From positions 1 through 64,000 of IMG/VR virus record IMGVR_UViG_3300032299_001203: a stretch of DNA of 64,000 nucleotides; one strand, 5' to 3'. A program made the position numbers and the translations under genes. A model generated the notes under the pieces. The model searched no databases and had not been told where the DNA came from. It worked only from the letters and a program-made list of their open reading frames with translations. The stretch comes from a virus. Below, piece after piece: positions 9,013-17,405 of this stretch; position 1 is the first letter of the stretch, and each line of letters begins with the position of its first letter.

Positions 9013-9623
9013 TTTGGACAAAAGAAGAAATATCAATCGCAGATGAGTTGATAGAGATTGCACCAAAATTACGTGACGAATTTTTAGATTATCACAAAGA
9101 TTTTCATACCACATTCAAAGGCGGTATATCATATGCTGCAGCCAATCCTCTAACAATTCTAACAGATGAAGAAAAATCTATTTGGAAAGTGGAAGGATTA
9201 AGATATGTTTGCCGTGACCAAAAAGTTGAACGAAATATGTTTTTGGATTCAAAAGTATCAAAAGTATTTCCAACAGCAACAGCATTAACAAAAAAGTACC
9301 TTGACTATTGTGGTTGTAGTGGTTATAGTGTTTTGGAACCTGGAGGAGTAATTCATAGTCATTCGGATATTGAAAACACTTCACACTCCACTATTAGAAT
9401 ACATATACCATTAATTATACCTGAAGGTGATGTTTGCCTTGAAACTGGAGGTATTAAAAATGATTGGTCAAATTTGTTCGCTTTCGATAATGGAGAGTTA
9501 CATAGTGCATACAACAGAACAAACAAGAGAAGGTTAATTTATATCATAGATATAGCTAGATCATTTTTATCAATACCAAGTTGGGGTCTTAAAGTTACTT
9601 CAATTTCAATACCTAAAGTTTAA
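9009..9623 (+). CDS. aspartyl/asparaginyl beta-hydroxylase-like oxygenase
   Basis: YSVLEPGGVIHSHSD, IRIHIPLIIP, FAFDN..HSAYN..RRLI. Confidence 0.85.
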   Translation: MIWTKEEISIADELIEIAPKLRDEFLDYHKDFHTTFKGGISYAAANPLTILTDEEKSIWKVEGLRYVCRDQKVERNMFLDSKVSKVFPTATALTKKYLDYCGCSGYSVLEPGGVIHSHSDIENTSHSTIRIHIPLIIPEGDVCLETGGIKNDWSNLFAFDNGELHSAYNRTNKRRLIYIIDIARSFLSIPSWGLKVTSISIPKV

Positions 9624-9627
9624 AATA

Positions 9628-10290
9628 ATGTTTAATTACTGCCCACCAAAACAATTACAAGATTTACAATCAGAAACTTTTCCTGATGGTAAACGATTTT
9701 ATAAACTGCCTGATGGTACAAAATTGCCATCTGTTACCACGGTGATTGGCGCACAAAAGAAACATATTTTTCAAGCATGGCGTAACAAAGTTGGTGAAGA
9801 TGTTGCCAATGCCATTACCAAAAAAGCTACCTCTCGTGGTACAAATGTTCATACATTATGTGAACGATATCTAAACAATGAATCATTAGGTGATATTATG
9901 CCTGATGCACGAGAAATGTTTTTATCAATTAAACCGGAATTAAATCGTATCAACAACATTCACTACCAAGAACAGACACTTTGGTCAACACAATTAAACA
10001 TGGCCGGCCGTGTTGATTGTATTGCTGAATTCGATGGTATTCTTTCGGTAATTGATTTTAAAACGTCCAAAAAAATCAAGAGCCATGAAGATATTGAAGA
10101 TTACTTTTGGCAAACATCTGCCTACGCCTTGATGTATGAGGAGTTGATTGGTGAACCTATCCATGATTTGGTTATCATCATGGCCGTTGAGGATTCAAGT
10201 CCTATCGTGTTCAAACAAAAGACCGAAGACCATATCACAGGCCTAGTCAATGCCATTTCATATTATGAAAAAGGTGGTAAAATATTATGA
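9628..10290 (+). CDS. PD-(D/E)XK exonuclease (Cas4-like, T4-like exonuclease A)
   Basis: PSVTTV, RGTNVH, AGRVDCI..VIDFKTS, Q..AYA.M. Confidence 0.88.
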   Translation: MFNYCPPKQLQDLQSETFPDGKRFYKLPDGTKLPSVTTVIGAQKKHIFQAWRNKVGEDVANAITKKATSRGTNVHTLCERYLNNESLGDIMPDAREMFLSIKPELNRINNIHYQEQTLWSTQLNMAGRVDCIAEFDGILSVIDFKTSKKIKSHEDIEDYFWQTSAYALMYEELIGEPIHDLVIIMAVEDSSPIVFKQKTEDHITGLVNAISYYEKGGKIL

Positions 10291-12032
10291 AAATATTAGG
10301 GATTCACAGAGGTCACAATGGCGGTGTTTGTCTTTTAGAAGATGGTGAAGTTACTTTTCACTTGGAGCAAGAAAGACTTGACCACCATAAAAATTCAAGT
10401 GAACTACCCATAAAAATAATTCAAAAAGCAATTGAGTTAGCAAATTATGAGGTTGATGTTTTAGTTTTATCTGGTTTCACAAAACCAATTCCCGCTGACA
10501 TAAGATGTAATGAACAAATTGATTGGTATTTTGGTAATGATTCAAATAAAAAAAATAATGAACAAGTGTGGAAGGAATCTAACACACAGAACTTGTATGT
10601 TGAACTTTTAAAATTTTGGAACAAAAAACCTTTTGAATTTTATTCTTATCACAATAATCATCATGAGTTACATGCAGCTGTTGCTTTTTATAATTCGGGA
10701 TTTACTGAAGCAATTTCAGTTGTTGCTGATGGATCTGGTGCACTAGTTAGTAGTGTTCCGGGTCAATTGTATGATCAGTACAATTACGAAATTCAATCAG
10801 TATTTTATTCAACTTATCCGTCAACATTCACTTCTGTTATAAAAGAGTGTACTTATCAAAAAAATAATCCAAAAATTAATCATCGAAGTTTAGGACTAAA
10901 ATTTACTACCGCAGCAATATTTTTGGGGATGAATGGTGGTGGAGATGCCGGCAAAGTAATGGGATTAGCTTCTTATGGCAAAAAAGATAATGATGTACCA
11001 AATATCGATAATACTGTATTTGATTGGGACAAAATTTTCTTTAAAAGAATGAATGATTATGCTCTTAGTTTAAAAGATAAAAATTCTATTAAACATTGGG
11101 TTATTCCCAACGATGAAAATTTTCAAAAATATGCAAATCTTGCTTATTGGGTACAAACAGATACACAAGAGTATATGTTAAATTTAATTAAACGAGGAAT
11201 AAAAGAAATTGGAATTAAAAATGTTACAATTTCTGGCGGTTATGGATTTAATGTAGTTGCAAATTATTATATTAGAAAAAATCTACCTGACGATATAAAT
11301 TTGTATGTTGAACCCATTTCAAACGATGGCGGTATGGCCATTGCTGCAGCAAAATTATGGTGGCACCAAAACACCGGTGATAGAACAATTAGACCGTTGA
11401 AATCATTATACCTTGGTGAAAAACCAAACTATGATAACCTGGCGGGTTTATTAAATAATGATGAATCTTTAATTGATACAAACTATTCGAATATTATTGA
11501 TTTAATATTGGATAAAAACATCGTTGCCATATACCAAGGAAGATCAGAATCGGGACCAAGGGCATTAGGTAATAGGTCTATATTATTTGATCCAAGAGTG
11601 CCTAATGGAAAAGATATAGTTAATGTGGTCAAGAAAAGAGAATGGTACAGGCCTTTTGCAGGCTCTATAATGGAAGAACATGTGCACGATTGGTTTGATA
11701 TGGCTGGCCTAAAAAATTCTCCATTTATGATGTACGGAGTTGATGTATTAGAAGATAAAAAATCTCAAATACCAGCAATCACTCATGTAGACGGAACTTG
11801 CAGAATACAAACTGTTACAGAAGAACAAAATTATCATTATTATAATTTAATTAAAGAATTTTATAATAGAACTGGTGTGCCAATATTATTTGATACGAGT
11901 TTTAATTTGGCTGGCGATACAATGGTTGAAACAATAGAAGATGCACTATGGACATCAAGAAACTCTGATATTAAATATATCTATTTTGCCGATTTAGGTA
12001 AGTTGTATGTTAAAAATGGCAATATTGAATAG
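10287..12032 (+). CDS. carbamoyltransferase, NodU/CmcH family
   Basis: ILGI..HN, EQERL, HHELHA, GKVMGLASYG, SGG..NV.AN, GRSESGPRALGNRS, KKREWYRPFA, HVDGTCRIQTV, TSFNLAG. Confidence 0.93.
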   Translation: MKILGIHRGHNGGVCLLEDGEVTFHLEQERLDHHKNSSELPIKIIQKAIELANYEVDVLVLSGFTKPIPADIRCNEQIDWYFGNDSNKKNNEQVWKESNTQNLYVELLKFWNKKPFEFYSYHNNHHELHAAVAFYNSGFTEAISVVADGSGALVSSVPGQLYDQYNYEIQSVFYSTYPSTFTSVIKECTYQKNNPKINHRSLGLKFTTAAIFLGMNGGGDAGKVMGLASYGKKDNDVPNIDNTVFDWDKIFFKRMNDYALSLKDKNSIKHWVIPNDENFQKYANLAYWVQTDTQEYMLNLIKRGIKEIGIKNVTISGGYGFNVVANYYIRKNLPDDINLYVEPISNDGGMAIAAAKLWWHQNTGDRTIRPLKSLYLGEKPNYDNLAGLLNNDESLIDTNYSNIIDLILDKNIVAIYQGRSESGPRALGNRSILFDPRVPNGKDIVNVVKKREWYRPFAGSIMEEHVHDWFDMAGLKNSPFMMYGVDVLEDKKSQIPAITHVDGTCRIQTVTEEQNYHYYNLIKEFYNRTGVPILFDTSFNLAGDTMVETIEDALWTSRNSDIKYIYFADLGKLYVKNGNIE

Positions 12033-12122
12033 CTGGTGTTCATAAAGTGGTATACTTGTGATCCGCTGGTTGCCTATATAAGTATAAACACTTATAATAG
12101 GAACATTAAAAAGGATATTATA

Positions 12123-12242
12123 ATGCCAAGTAAAGATTGTGTAAGGGAAGTTAAAGTAAAAAGTTTTGCTTTTTATACCGGTGCCTGTGCTTTTGGAGTA
12201 TTGGTATTAACAGCATTGTATTTTATCAGTAAAGGTGTATAA
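12123..12242 (+). CDS. small single-pass membrane protein (39 aa)
   Basis: AAGGA RBS before ATG 12123; hydrophobic C-terminal half. Confidence 0.55.
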   Translation: MPSKDCVREVKVKSFAFYTGACAFGVLVLTALYFISKGV

Positions 12243-12373
12243 TGAAAGTTAAAGAGTTGGTTAAAAAGTTATATGAGGCTGAAATTAAACATGATACGCC
12301 ATTGATTAAAAAACTATGGTTTAAATTGTTAAAGAAAAGCCTTAAACATAAACATACTGAAGCTGTAAAGTAA
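12242..12373 (+). CDS. small basic protein (43 aa), not in the ORF track
   Basis: TAATG coupling; MKVKELVKKLYEAEIKHDTPLIKKLWFKLLKKSLKHKHTEAVK*. Confidence 0.55.
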   Translation: MKVKELVKKLYEAEIKHDTPLIKKLWFKLLKKSLKHKHTEAVK

Positions 12374-12377
12374 TTCG

Positions 12378-12689
12378 TAGAAGTTGTTTGAAAGTTGTTG
12401 TGGACATGGGTGCGATTCCCATCACCTCCACCAAAAGTATATTGACGAACCGAGTTATCGGTAGCAAACACACACTATAGTTGTGGCAATATACTTCTGA
12501 TGGGGGTGCCTAGATTCGACATGGCAATAATTAGAACAATGGAGAATCGTCAAAGCTAAAGACGTTAGGGTTGAGGATACTCGGCCGAAGAAGCAAAAAA
12601 CTATAAACGCAAACGATAATAAGTATGCACTTGCTGCCTGATAGGTAAGCGGAGTTTCGCCAGGTGAACTTAGCAACAGAATCACCTGG
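12378..12689 (+). ncRNA. ssrA: circularly permuted (two-piece) tmRNA; 5' boundary approximate
   Basis: T-arm plus CACCTCCACCA (ends 12433) precedes GGGGGTG..GATTCGAC (from 12502); acceptor stem has G3-U wobble; tag ORF 12609-12641 = ANDNKYALAA*; terminal hairpin CCAGGTGA..GCAACAGAA..TCACCTGG. Confidence 0.93.
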
Positions 12690-12755
12690 ATAAATAAAAC
12701 ACCAGTAACACACAAACCGCTGGTAATACACATAAACACACACAAGGAGAAGTAA

Positions 12756-13034
12756 ATGAGTATGACACCATACGAGATACGGCTAGAACTCTTAAAAATG
12801 GCCAAAGATATGCTAACTGATGATTATCACGGAAAACGTGATGCACTACAACAGCAATGGCATACACAGGTAGATGCAGCTAAAATTGCTGGTACACAAT
12901 CACCTGAATTCCCGGCGTTACCGCCATTTCCCAATGAAGATGAAATTGTAAAGAAAGCGGAAGCTCTCAATCAATTCGTTTCTCAAACCACTCCACAACC
13001 TGAAGTTAAAATAAAATCGAAAACAAATTCGTAA
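12756..13034 (+). CDS. conserved T4-like hypothetical protein
   Basis: TPYEIRLELLKMAKDML motif; AAGGAG RBS. Confidence 0.8.
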   Translation: MSMTPYEIRLELLKMAKDMLTDDYHGKRDALQQQWHTQVDAAKIAGTQSPEFPALPPFPNEDEIVKKAEALNQFVSQTTPQPEVKIKSKTNS

Positions 13035-13045
13035 TTGGAGACCAA

Positions 13046-13067
13046 GGCGGTCGGATGTTTGGCCGCC
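13046..13067 (+). other. GC-rich intergenic hairpin
   Basis: GGCGGTCGGA/TTTGGCCGCC with G-U pairs, no U tract. Confidence 0.5.
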
Positions 13068-13087
13068 ACAATCAATAAGGAAGAAAG

Positions 13088-13630
13088 ATGTTTAAATTTA
13101 ACACACAGAAGTTTAACACATTAGCAGTAGTATTAGCAGTATTAACAATAGTATATACAGCACCAACTCTATCAAGAGAGTTTATTACGAATGCAACACA
13201 AAAACAAGTATCTGCAGATTATCAAAAACAAGTAGAATGCCTTGCTAAAAATATTTACTATGAATCTGCCGGCGAAACATATGAAGGAAAATTAGCCGTT
13301 GCACAGGTCACATTGAATCGTGTTAATAGTGGCATTTTTCCACGAGATATATGTTCAGTTGTTTATCAAAAAACAATTGATCAAAATTTAAGAACAGTAT
13401 GCCAATTCTCATGGACTTGTATGGTCAAAGAAATGGTACACGGTCAAGATCGGTACAGATGGGAGGAATCCCTTTTAATTGCTAAAAGAGCATTGACAGT
13501 TCCAGTCCTACATGATAAAATAGCAGAAACAAATGCACTTTTTTACCATGCAGTTTATGTAAATCCTGGTTGGAATAAACAAAAGGTTGTAACAAAAATA
13601 GGTAATCATATATTTTACAGTAGAATTTAA
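13088..13630 (+). CDS. cell wall hydrolase, SleB/Hydrolase_2 family
   Basis: CLAKNIYYES.GE..GKLAVAQVTLNRV, CQFSW, FYHA.YV.P.W, IGNHIFY; N-terminal signal/TM segment. Confidence 0.92.
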   Translation: MFKFNTQKFNTLAVVLAVLTIVYTAPTLSREFITNATQKQVSADYQKQVECLAKNIYYESAGETYEGKLAVAQVTLNRVNSGIFPRDICSVVYQKTIDQNLRTVCQFSWTCMVKEMVHGQDRYRWEESLLIAKRALTVPVLHDKIAETNALFYHAVYVNPGWNKQKVVTKIGNHIFYSRI

Positions 13631-13631
13631 T

Positions 13632-13853
13632 ATGCCTAATCGTGAAGAAATAAAAAAATTTAGTTTAATGATTGAAAAATTGGTGGCAGAAAATAATTTA
13701 GGTTATATGGATGCTATCTGCCACCATTGTAAAGAAACTGGTTTAGAAATTGAAGTGGCTGCAACGTTAATCTCACCTGCACTTAAAGCAAAGATTAAAG
13801 AAGAAGCGCAAGATAACAATTTGTTGAAAAAAACATCCAGGTTGCCAATTTAA
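13632..13853 (+). CDS. gp33: late transcription coactivator
   Basis: FS..IE.LV...YMDAI..C....EIE..A.LIS..LK.KI..EA...NLL...LPI. Confidence 0.88.
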   Translation: MPNREEIKKFSLMIEKLVAENNLGYMDAICHHCKETGLEIEVAATLISPALKAKIKEEAQDNNLLKKTSRLPI

Positions 13854-13859
13854 AATTTT

Positions 13860-14480
13860 ATGACTGAAAATTCAGGTTTTGCCGCATATTCCTTATGGAA
13901 TGCTTTGAAGTTACATTTTACTTCCGAATCTTATGATTATTTTAAGTATAACGGAAAAACAAATGTATCTAAACAGACATTTACCACCAACAAATCAAAA
14001 TATCAATTCTATAAACTATCTCGCAAATACGATTTGGACGAATTAAAGAATTTTTATGTTGCCAACTTTATACAAGGTAAGGGTGATTGGGTAGGCGACT
14101 TACTTCAAGATGGTGATGAGAACTATACCAAATGGCAAAAAACCCAACAGAGCTTGACATATACCTTTGAGAATGATATAATGTATATGTTTGATAGTGT
14201 TGATGGCGCTGAGTTCTGGCATATTGATGATTACTTTAAACCCATCGATGGTGGTTGGCCAATGTTAATTACCAAAATGATGCACGATAAGATTTCATTG
14301 GAAACAGTTTGTATTCTCGTTGACATATTTGGTTGTATGCCAAAATGGGAAAACCAAATTACTGAGGATATTATTTGGCCAACACACCGAAGAATTATAA
14401 AGAAATATACACCGTTTATACAATACGATAAAGAAAAGTTTACAAAGTTTTTAAAAGAAAAGATTAAAGAATATGCATAA
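13860..14480 (+). CDS. gp59: helicase loader
   Basis: ALKLHFT..YDYFKYNGK, FYKLSRKY, ISLET; synteny with gp33 and gp32. Confidence 0.88.
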   Translation: MTENSGFAAYSLWNALKLHFTSESYDYFKYNGKTNVSKQTFTTNKSKYQFYKLSRKYDLDELKNFYVANFIQGKGDWVGDLLQDGDENYTKWQKTQQSLTYTFENDIMYMFDSVDGAEFWHIDDYFKPIDGGWPMLITKMMHDKISLETVCILVDIFGCMPKWENQITEDIIWPTHRRIIKKYTPFIQYDKEKFTKFLKEKIKEYA

Positions 14481-14958
14481 GATTACCAAGATTTACTTGG
14501 ACATGGATGGTGTGATTGCTGATTTCAATAAGCGATACAAAGAATTGTATAAGATTGAACCAAAAGATGCAGACACATACAAAACTTTTGATAAGTTTTT
14601 TACCATGTTCATTGCTGAAAAACAATTTGCAAAACTGGATTTAATGCCTGATGCTATGGAGTTAATTAACTACCTCAGGTCATTATCAATACCAACAGAG
14701 ATTCTATCTTCAACATCATCTGAAAAGCGTGATGCAGAAATTAGAGAACAGAAGATTGATTGGTTGAATAAACACAACATTGAGTTTCTTGTTAATTTGG
14801 TACCAGGTAAAAGATTTAAGAGAGATTTCTCTAACGAAAATTCACTATTGATTGATGATACGTCACAAAACATTGACCAATGGCGATCAGAGGGTGGTAT
14901 TGGTATACTTCACACGGATACCATAACTACCATCGGTATTTTGAAAATGTACACTTGA
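14473..14958 (+). CDS. HAD-family 5'(3')-deoxyribonucleotidase
   Basis: YLDMDGVIADF, LIDD, W...GG.GILH. Confidence 0.85.
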   Translation: MHKITKIYLDMDGVIADFNKRYKELYKIEPKDADTYKTFDKFFTMFIAEKQFAKLDLMPDAMELINYLRSLSIPTEILSSTSSEKRDAEIREQKIDWLNKHNIEFLVNLVPGKRFKRDFSNENSLLIDDTSQNIDQWRSEGGIGILHTDTITTIGILKMYT

Positions 14959-14983
14959 CATTGGATAAATAATATTATATGAT
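14955..14983 (+). promoter_or_regulatory. sigma70-like promoter for gp32 with an embedded late-like box
   Basis: TTGACA-N17-TATGAT; GATAAATA at 14964-14971. Confidence 0.7.
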
Positions 14984-15008
14984 GAGAAGTTCGTGGATAA
15001 GTTGTTCA

Positions 15009-15035
15009 TACACCGTTTAATACTCCGTTTAATAC
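15009..15035 (+). repeat. 12-bp tandem repeat in the gp32 leader
   Basis: TACACCGTTTAA TACTCCGTTTAA TAC immediately before the GAAAGGA RBS. Confidence 0.75.
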
Positions 15036-15048
15036 GAAAGGAAATACT

Positions 15049-15933
15049 ATGAGTTTTGCAAATCTAAAACGCCAATCTGGCAACCTCGATAAACTATCTA
15101 AAGCAATTGAGGCACTCTCCCAAACATCCGAAGGTTCTGAAAAGGTCGATAATTTCTGGCGTCCAGAAGTTGACAAATCAGGCAACGGCATGGCTACAAT
15201 CCGTTTTCTTCCATCAGCTGAAAAAGATGGCGAAGATGCTTTGCCTTGGGTCAAAATCTTCTCACATGGATTTCAAGGTCCAGGTGGTTGGTTAATTGAT
15301 AACTGTTTGACTACTAAGAATCAACAATGTCCAGTATGTGAACACAATTCTACATTATGGAATTCTGGCATTGAAGCTAACAAAGATGTGGTTCGTAAAC
15401 AAAAGCGTAAACTGAATTATGTTTCAAATGTTTATATTGTATCTGATCCAAAACATCCTGAGAATGAAGGCAAGGTGTTCTTGTTCCGTTATGGTAAAAA
15501 AATCTTTGACAAGATTAGTGAAGCAATGAATCCTCAGTTTGAAGATGAACAGGCAGTCAATCCATTTGATTTATGGAAAGGTGCCAACTTTAAGTTGAAA
15601 ATTCGTAAGGTAGAAGGTTATCAGAACTACGACAAATCTGAATTTGAATCGGCAGCTCCATTATCTAGTGATGATGACGAACTCGAAACAATTTGGAAAT
15701 CACAACACTCGTTACAAGAGTTGACTAGTGATAAAGAATTTAAATCATATGATGATTTGAAGAAACGCCTTGATAAGGTTCTTGGTCTGAATGGTGAAGC
15801 ACCAAAGACAACCGTAGAACAAACCAAAGCGAAAAACTTTGATGCTAAAACCAAATCTACTGATTCACCATTCAAAGATGATACAGAAGATGATGATATG
15901 GCATATTTCAGTAAACTAGCTGAAGAAAACTAA
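15049..15933 (+). CDS. gp32: single-stranded DNA-binding protein
   Basis: IRFLP, HGFQGPGGW.I.NC.TT, CPVCE, GKKIFDKI, NFKLKI, NYDKSEF, acidic tail. Confidence 0.97.
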   Translation: MSFANLKRQSGNLDKLSKAIEALSQTSEGSEKVDNFWRPEVDKSGNGMATIRFLPSAEKDGEDALPWVKIFSHGFQGPGGWLIDNCLTTKNQQCPVCEHNSTLWNSGIEANKDVVRKQKRKLNYVSNVYIVSDPKHPENEGKVFLFRYGKKIFDKISEAMNPQFEDEQAVNPFDLWKGANFKLKIRKVEGYQNYDKSEFESAAPLSSDDDELETIWKSQHSLQELTSDKEFKSYDDLKKRLDKVLGLNGEAPKTTVEQTKAKNFDAKTKSTDSPFKDDTEDDDMAYFSKLAEEN

Positions 15934-15955
15934 TTCTTCTAAACAGCAGTAACAC

Positions 15956-15996
15956 GGCCACACCCTCTGTCGAAAGATACGGTGTGGTTTTCTTTT
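15956..15996 (+). terminator. intrinsic terminator between convergent blocks
   Basis: GGCCACACC...GGTGTGGTT stem followed by TTCTTTT. Confidence 0.7.
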
Positions 15997-16001
15997 GGTT
16001 A

Positions 16002-17405
16002 TTACACAACTCGCAAACTATCAAATACCATTCTTTGAAAAGAATCTTCCATATTTCTTACAGAAGGTATTGGTCCTTTTGGTCTTTGACCTTTTGTTGA
16101 ATTTACATTTGTGTTGTTTATAATTTGTGAATTGACAACAGATTCAGGAGTGCTTGGTAAGTTTAGTTCTAAATTTTCACTGGTTACAGTATTTAATTTA
16201 TTCGTAGTGGACGCCATTGGTTCCATTGCTTGTGGTTTTGATTCTTGGCTAGGCACCATTGGTTTTTCGGTTGAATCACTTGGTTGTGCTGTTGGTGTTA
16301 CCGGTACAGGCGTTGCTGTTTGATTTCGCTCAGCAATAGCCTTTTGAACTCTATCTCTTTCCATTTTATAATCTTCAACAGCCTCTAAAGCTCCAGGTCC
16401 TCTCTCAGCAAAACCTTTTAATTGAACATTGTTTAATGGTACACTTTCATTATAATTGAATTGATAATCTTTTATTTCTGCCATTGTTCTGTCATATTCT
16501 GGTAATTTTTTACGGCGATCCATTTCATTCTTAACACCAGCTAAACCCCCAACTTTTTCAGCGTTTGCTATTCCTTCGGCTTCAGCTTTAGCTTCTTCAC
16601 TAGGTTCAGATTTTATTATTTTCCAAATAGCATATCCTATTCCTGCGCCAGCAAGAATGGCTAATCCTACAGGATTAAACATCAAGAATCTTCCAAGGCC
16701 AAACAATAACTTACCAATTGAAGCTAAACCACCAAATGCGGATGTAATCATTGAAATAAAACTTGTTATGCCACTAATAATAGCACTAACTCCACTAATA
16801 ACAGCCATAACTCCTTTAACGGCATCAGCAATTAATCCTGTTACTATACCCAAAATAGTTGATATTAATCCTGTGCCATCATCAGCTTTTGTTGCTGTTG
16901 GTGCAGCCGTGGTTGTTTGTTTTTTGCCTGTGATGGCTTCGATTAAAGCTTTATGCCTTCTTTCTTTTTCAGATTGTTCTTCTTCTTTAAAATTATTTTC
17001 TTTTTCTCTACGCAAAGTATCATTTTTATCTGTCGTTTTTAATAGAGTGTATATCTTGGAAAGAATATCCAATACATTGTTATCTGATTCCAACTGACCT
17101 ATATCAAGATTACGTGTACCTCCAACTTCTTTTGCTTTTTTCGTACCAGAAAAATATTGAATATCTTGTTGTGTTCTACCTAACATACTACCAAGCAAAG
17201 CAGGAGCAAATTTAGAACCACCTGTCATAAATTTAGCAATATTCAATACATCAAATTTTTCACTAAAACCTTTAGACTTTGCTTTTGATTTATCGGATAA
17301 AGTGGCTTTTATAGCCGAGCCAACGCCTTGACCTTCCGATAATTTTTCGGTCAAATATGATATGTAAGATTTTTCTCTTATCTTTTTGGCTTCTTGATAG
17401 TTCAT
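16002..17405 (-). CDS. tail hub/tape-measure-like protein
   Basis: helical, Gly/Ala-rich hydrophobic middle; lies downstream of gp26/gp51; N-terminus paralogous to its neighbour. Confidence 0.55.
   Translation of the reverse strand: MNYQEAKKIREKSYISYLTEKLSEGQGVGSAIKATLSDKSKAKSKGFSEKFDVLNIAKFMTGGSKFAPALLGSMLGRTQQDIQYFSGTKKAKEVGGTRNLDIGQLESDNNVLDILSKIYTLLKTTDKNDTLRREKENNFKEEEQSEKERRHKALIEAITGKKQTTTAAPTATKADDGTGLISTILGIVTGLIADAVKGVMAVISGVSAIISGITSFISMITSAFGGLASIGKLLFGLGRFLMFNPVGLAILAGAGIGYAIWKIIKSEPSEEAKAEAEGIANAEKVGGLAGVKNEMDRRKKLPEYDRTMAEIKDYQFNYNESVPLNNVQLKGFAERGPGALEAVEDYKMERDRVQKAIAERNQTATPVPVTPTAQPSDSTEKPMVPSQESKPQAMEPMASTTNKLNTVTSENLELNLPSTPESVVNSQIINNTNVNSTKGQRPKGPIPSVRNMEDSFQRMVFDSLRVV

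Noticed and set aside
9628-10290. Cas4-like nuclease as part of a CRISPR system
   Set aside because: No array or other cas genes; it is a standard T4-like core exonuclease
12226-12867. Several minus-strand ORFs of 61-116 aa
   Set aside because: Antisense shadows of the tmRNA and of plus-strand genes
12690-13087. Possible glutamine (glnA) riboswitch upstream of the SleB-like gene
   Set aside because: I cannot find the CGTTCA..CGGAAG..GAAGGAACG core; only a simple hairpin is present. An Infernal search would settle it
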